Assembly: GCA_963815115.1 (NCBI GenBank)
Contig: CAWFFN010000009.1
Coordinates: 46,975-78,974 of the forward strand
DNA length: 32,000 nt
DNA from: an uncultured delta proteobacterium
Lineage (GTDB): Bacteria; Desulfobacterota; Binatia; DP-6
Reading direction: 5' to 3'
Shown: one piece after another, positions 31,658 to 32,000 of the stretch
How the letters are laid out: each line of letters opens with the position of its first letter
Position numbering within the stretch: position 1 is the first letter of the stretch
Notes under the pieces: model-generated
The model's database searches: none
Told to the model about the DNA's origin: nothing
What the model saw: only the letters and a program-made list of their open reading frames with translations
Position numbers and translations under genes: made by a program

Positions 31658-32000
31658 CTAGCGGACGGTCACGAGCACGCGCCGCTCGCGCGGTCCGTCC
31701 AGCTCGACCAGCATCACCGCCTGCCAGGTGCCGAGCAGCAGACGTCCGTCCTGCACGGGAATCGTCTCGCCCGGACCGAGCATGACGGCCTGGATGTGCG
31801 ACGCCGCATTGCCGTCGACCCGATCGTGGCGCCAGATTCCGGCCGGCACGAGGCGGTCGAGCGCATCGAGCACGTCGGTGCAGATGTTGGGGTCGTCGTT
31901 CTCGTTGACCACCACGGCGGCCGTGGCGTGCGGGACGTAGACGCTGCACAGGCCCTCGGCGACCCCGCTGCGGGCGACGATCTCGGCCACGCGGGCGGTC
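31658..32000 (-). CDS. YjbQ/UPF0047-family protein (secondary thiamine-phosphate synthase-like); the N-terminus lies outside the window
   Basis: The sequence ...VYVPHATAAVVVNENDDPNICTDVLDALDRLVP...WRHDRVDGNAASHIQAVMLGPGETIPVQDGRLLLGTWQAVMLVELDGPRERRVLVTV is the family signature. The frame stays open to the window edge. Confidence 0.85.
   Translation of the reverse strand, partial: TARVAEIVARSGVAEGLCSVYVPHATAAVVVNENDDPNICTDVLDALDRLVPAGIWRHDRVDGNAASHIQAVMLGPGETIPVQDGRLLLGTWQAVMLVELDGPRERRVLVTVR

Noticed and set aside
1-32000. CRISPR arrays, prophage or IS elements, toxin-antitoxin pairs
   Set aside because: There are no regularly spaced direct repeats. The only repeated units are three hairpin copies and one 15-nt duplication. 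No integrase, transposase, recombinase or capsid-like ORFs are present. The lone XRE regulator has no small partner ORF with toxin-like features.

Overview
This is very GC-rich, densely coding bacterial chromosomal DNA. Third codon positions are almost always G/C, which is why the six-frame track is full of long Arg/Ala/Pro/Gly-rich shadow ORFs. I can support 26 protein-coding genes, one gene remnant and a small family of structured intergenic repeats. I see no rRNA, tRNA, CRISPR array, transposase, integrase or phage structural gene. Content from left to right: the 3' end of a HerA-like/DUF853 ATPase; 6-phosphogluconolactonase; a YqgE/AlgH-family protein; a long minus-strand block (amidohydrolase-2, Zn-ADH, succinate dehydrogenase sdhC-A-B, small helical protein); a 1282-aa DUF748/AsmA-like envelope protein; a TetR-associated acyl-CoA cluster (two adjacent acyl-CoA dehydrogenases, a cytosolic M14-like peptidase, a secreted alpha/beta hydrolase); a 748-aa RyR + TPR + SLOG-like + class III cyclase signalling protein; a GNAT acetyltransferase; an MDR dehydrogenase; a visibly lower-GC patch with an acyl-CoA dehydrogenase C-terminal remnant and an XRE regulator; a double hot-dog (mesaconyl-CoA hydratase-like) hydratase; a small ICMT/PEMT-like membrane protein; an octahaem cytochrome c lipoprotein with a HEAT/TPR tail; a sulfatase-fold secreted protein with a Cys-rich repeat tail; a plant-type glutamate-cysteine ligase; a small hypothetical; and a partial YjbQ. 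Most of this is ordinary metabolism. Two things deserve a second look. (i) The fused sensor-cyclase at 18660-20906 has a cyclase core that looks catalytically intact but carries non-canonical base-specifying residues, and it is preceded by a DprA/SLOG-like putative ligand-binding module. (ii) A roughly 150-nt structured element is present twice (after 18378 and after 31379), with compensatory base-pair changes in two different stems. The second copy lies in a hairpin-packed 278-bp convergent intergenic region. I could not identify a multi-gene defence or mobile system and do not claim one.
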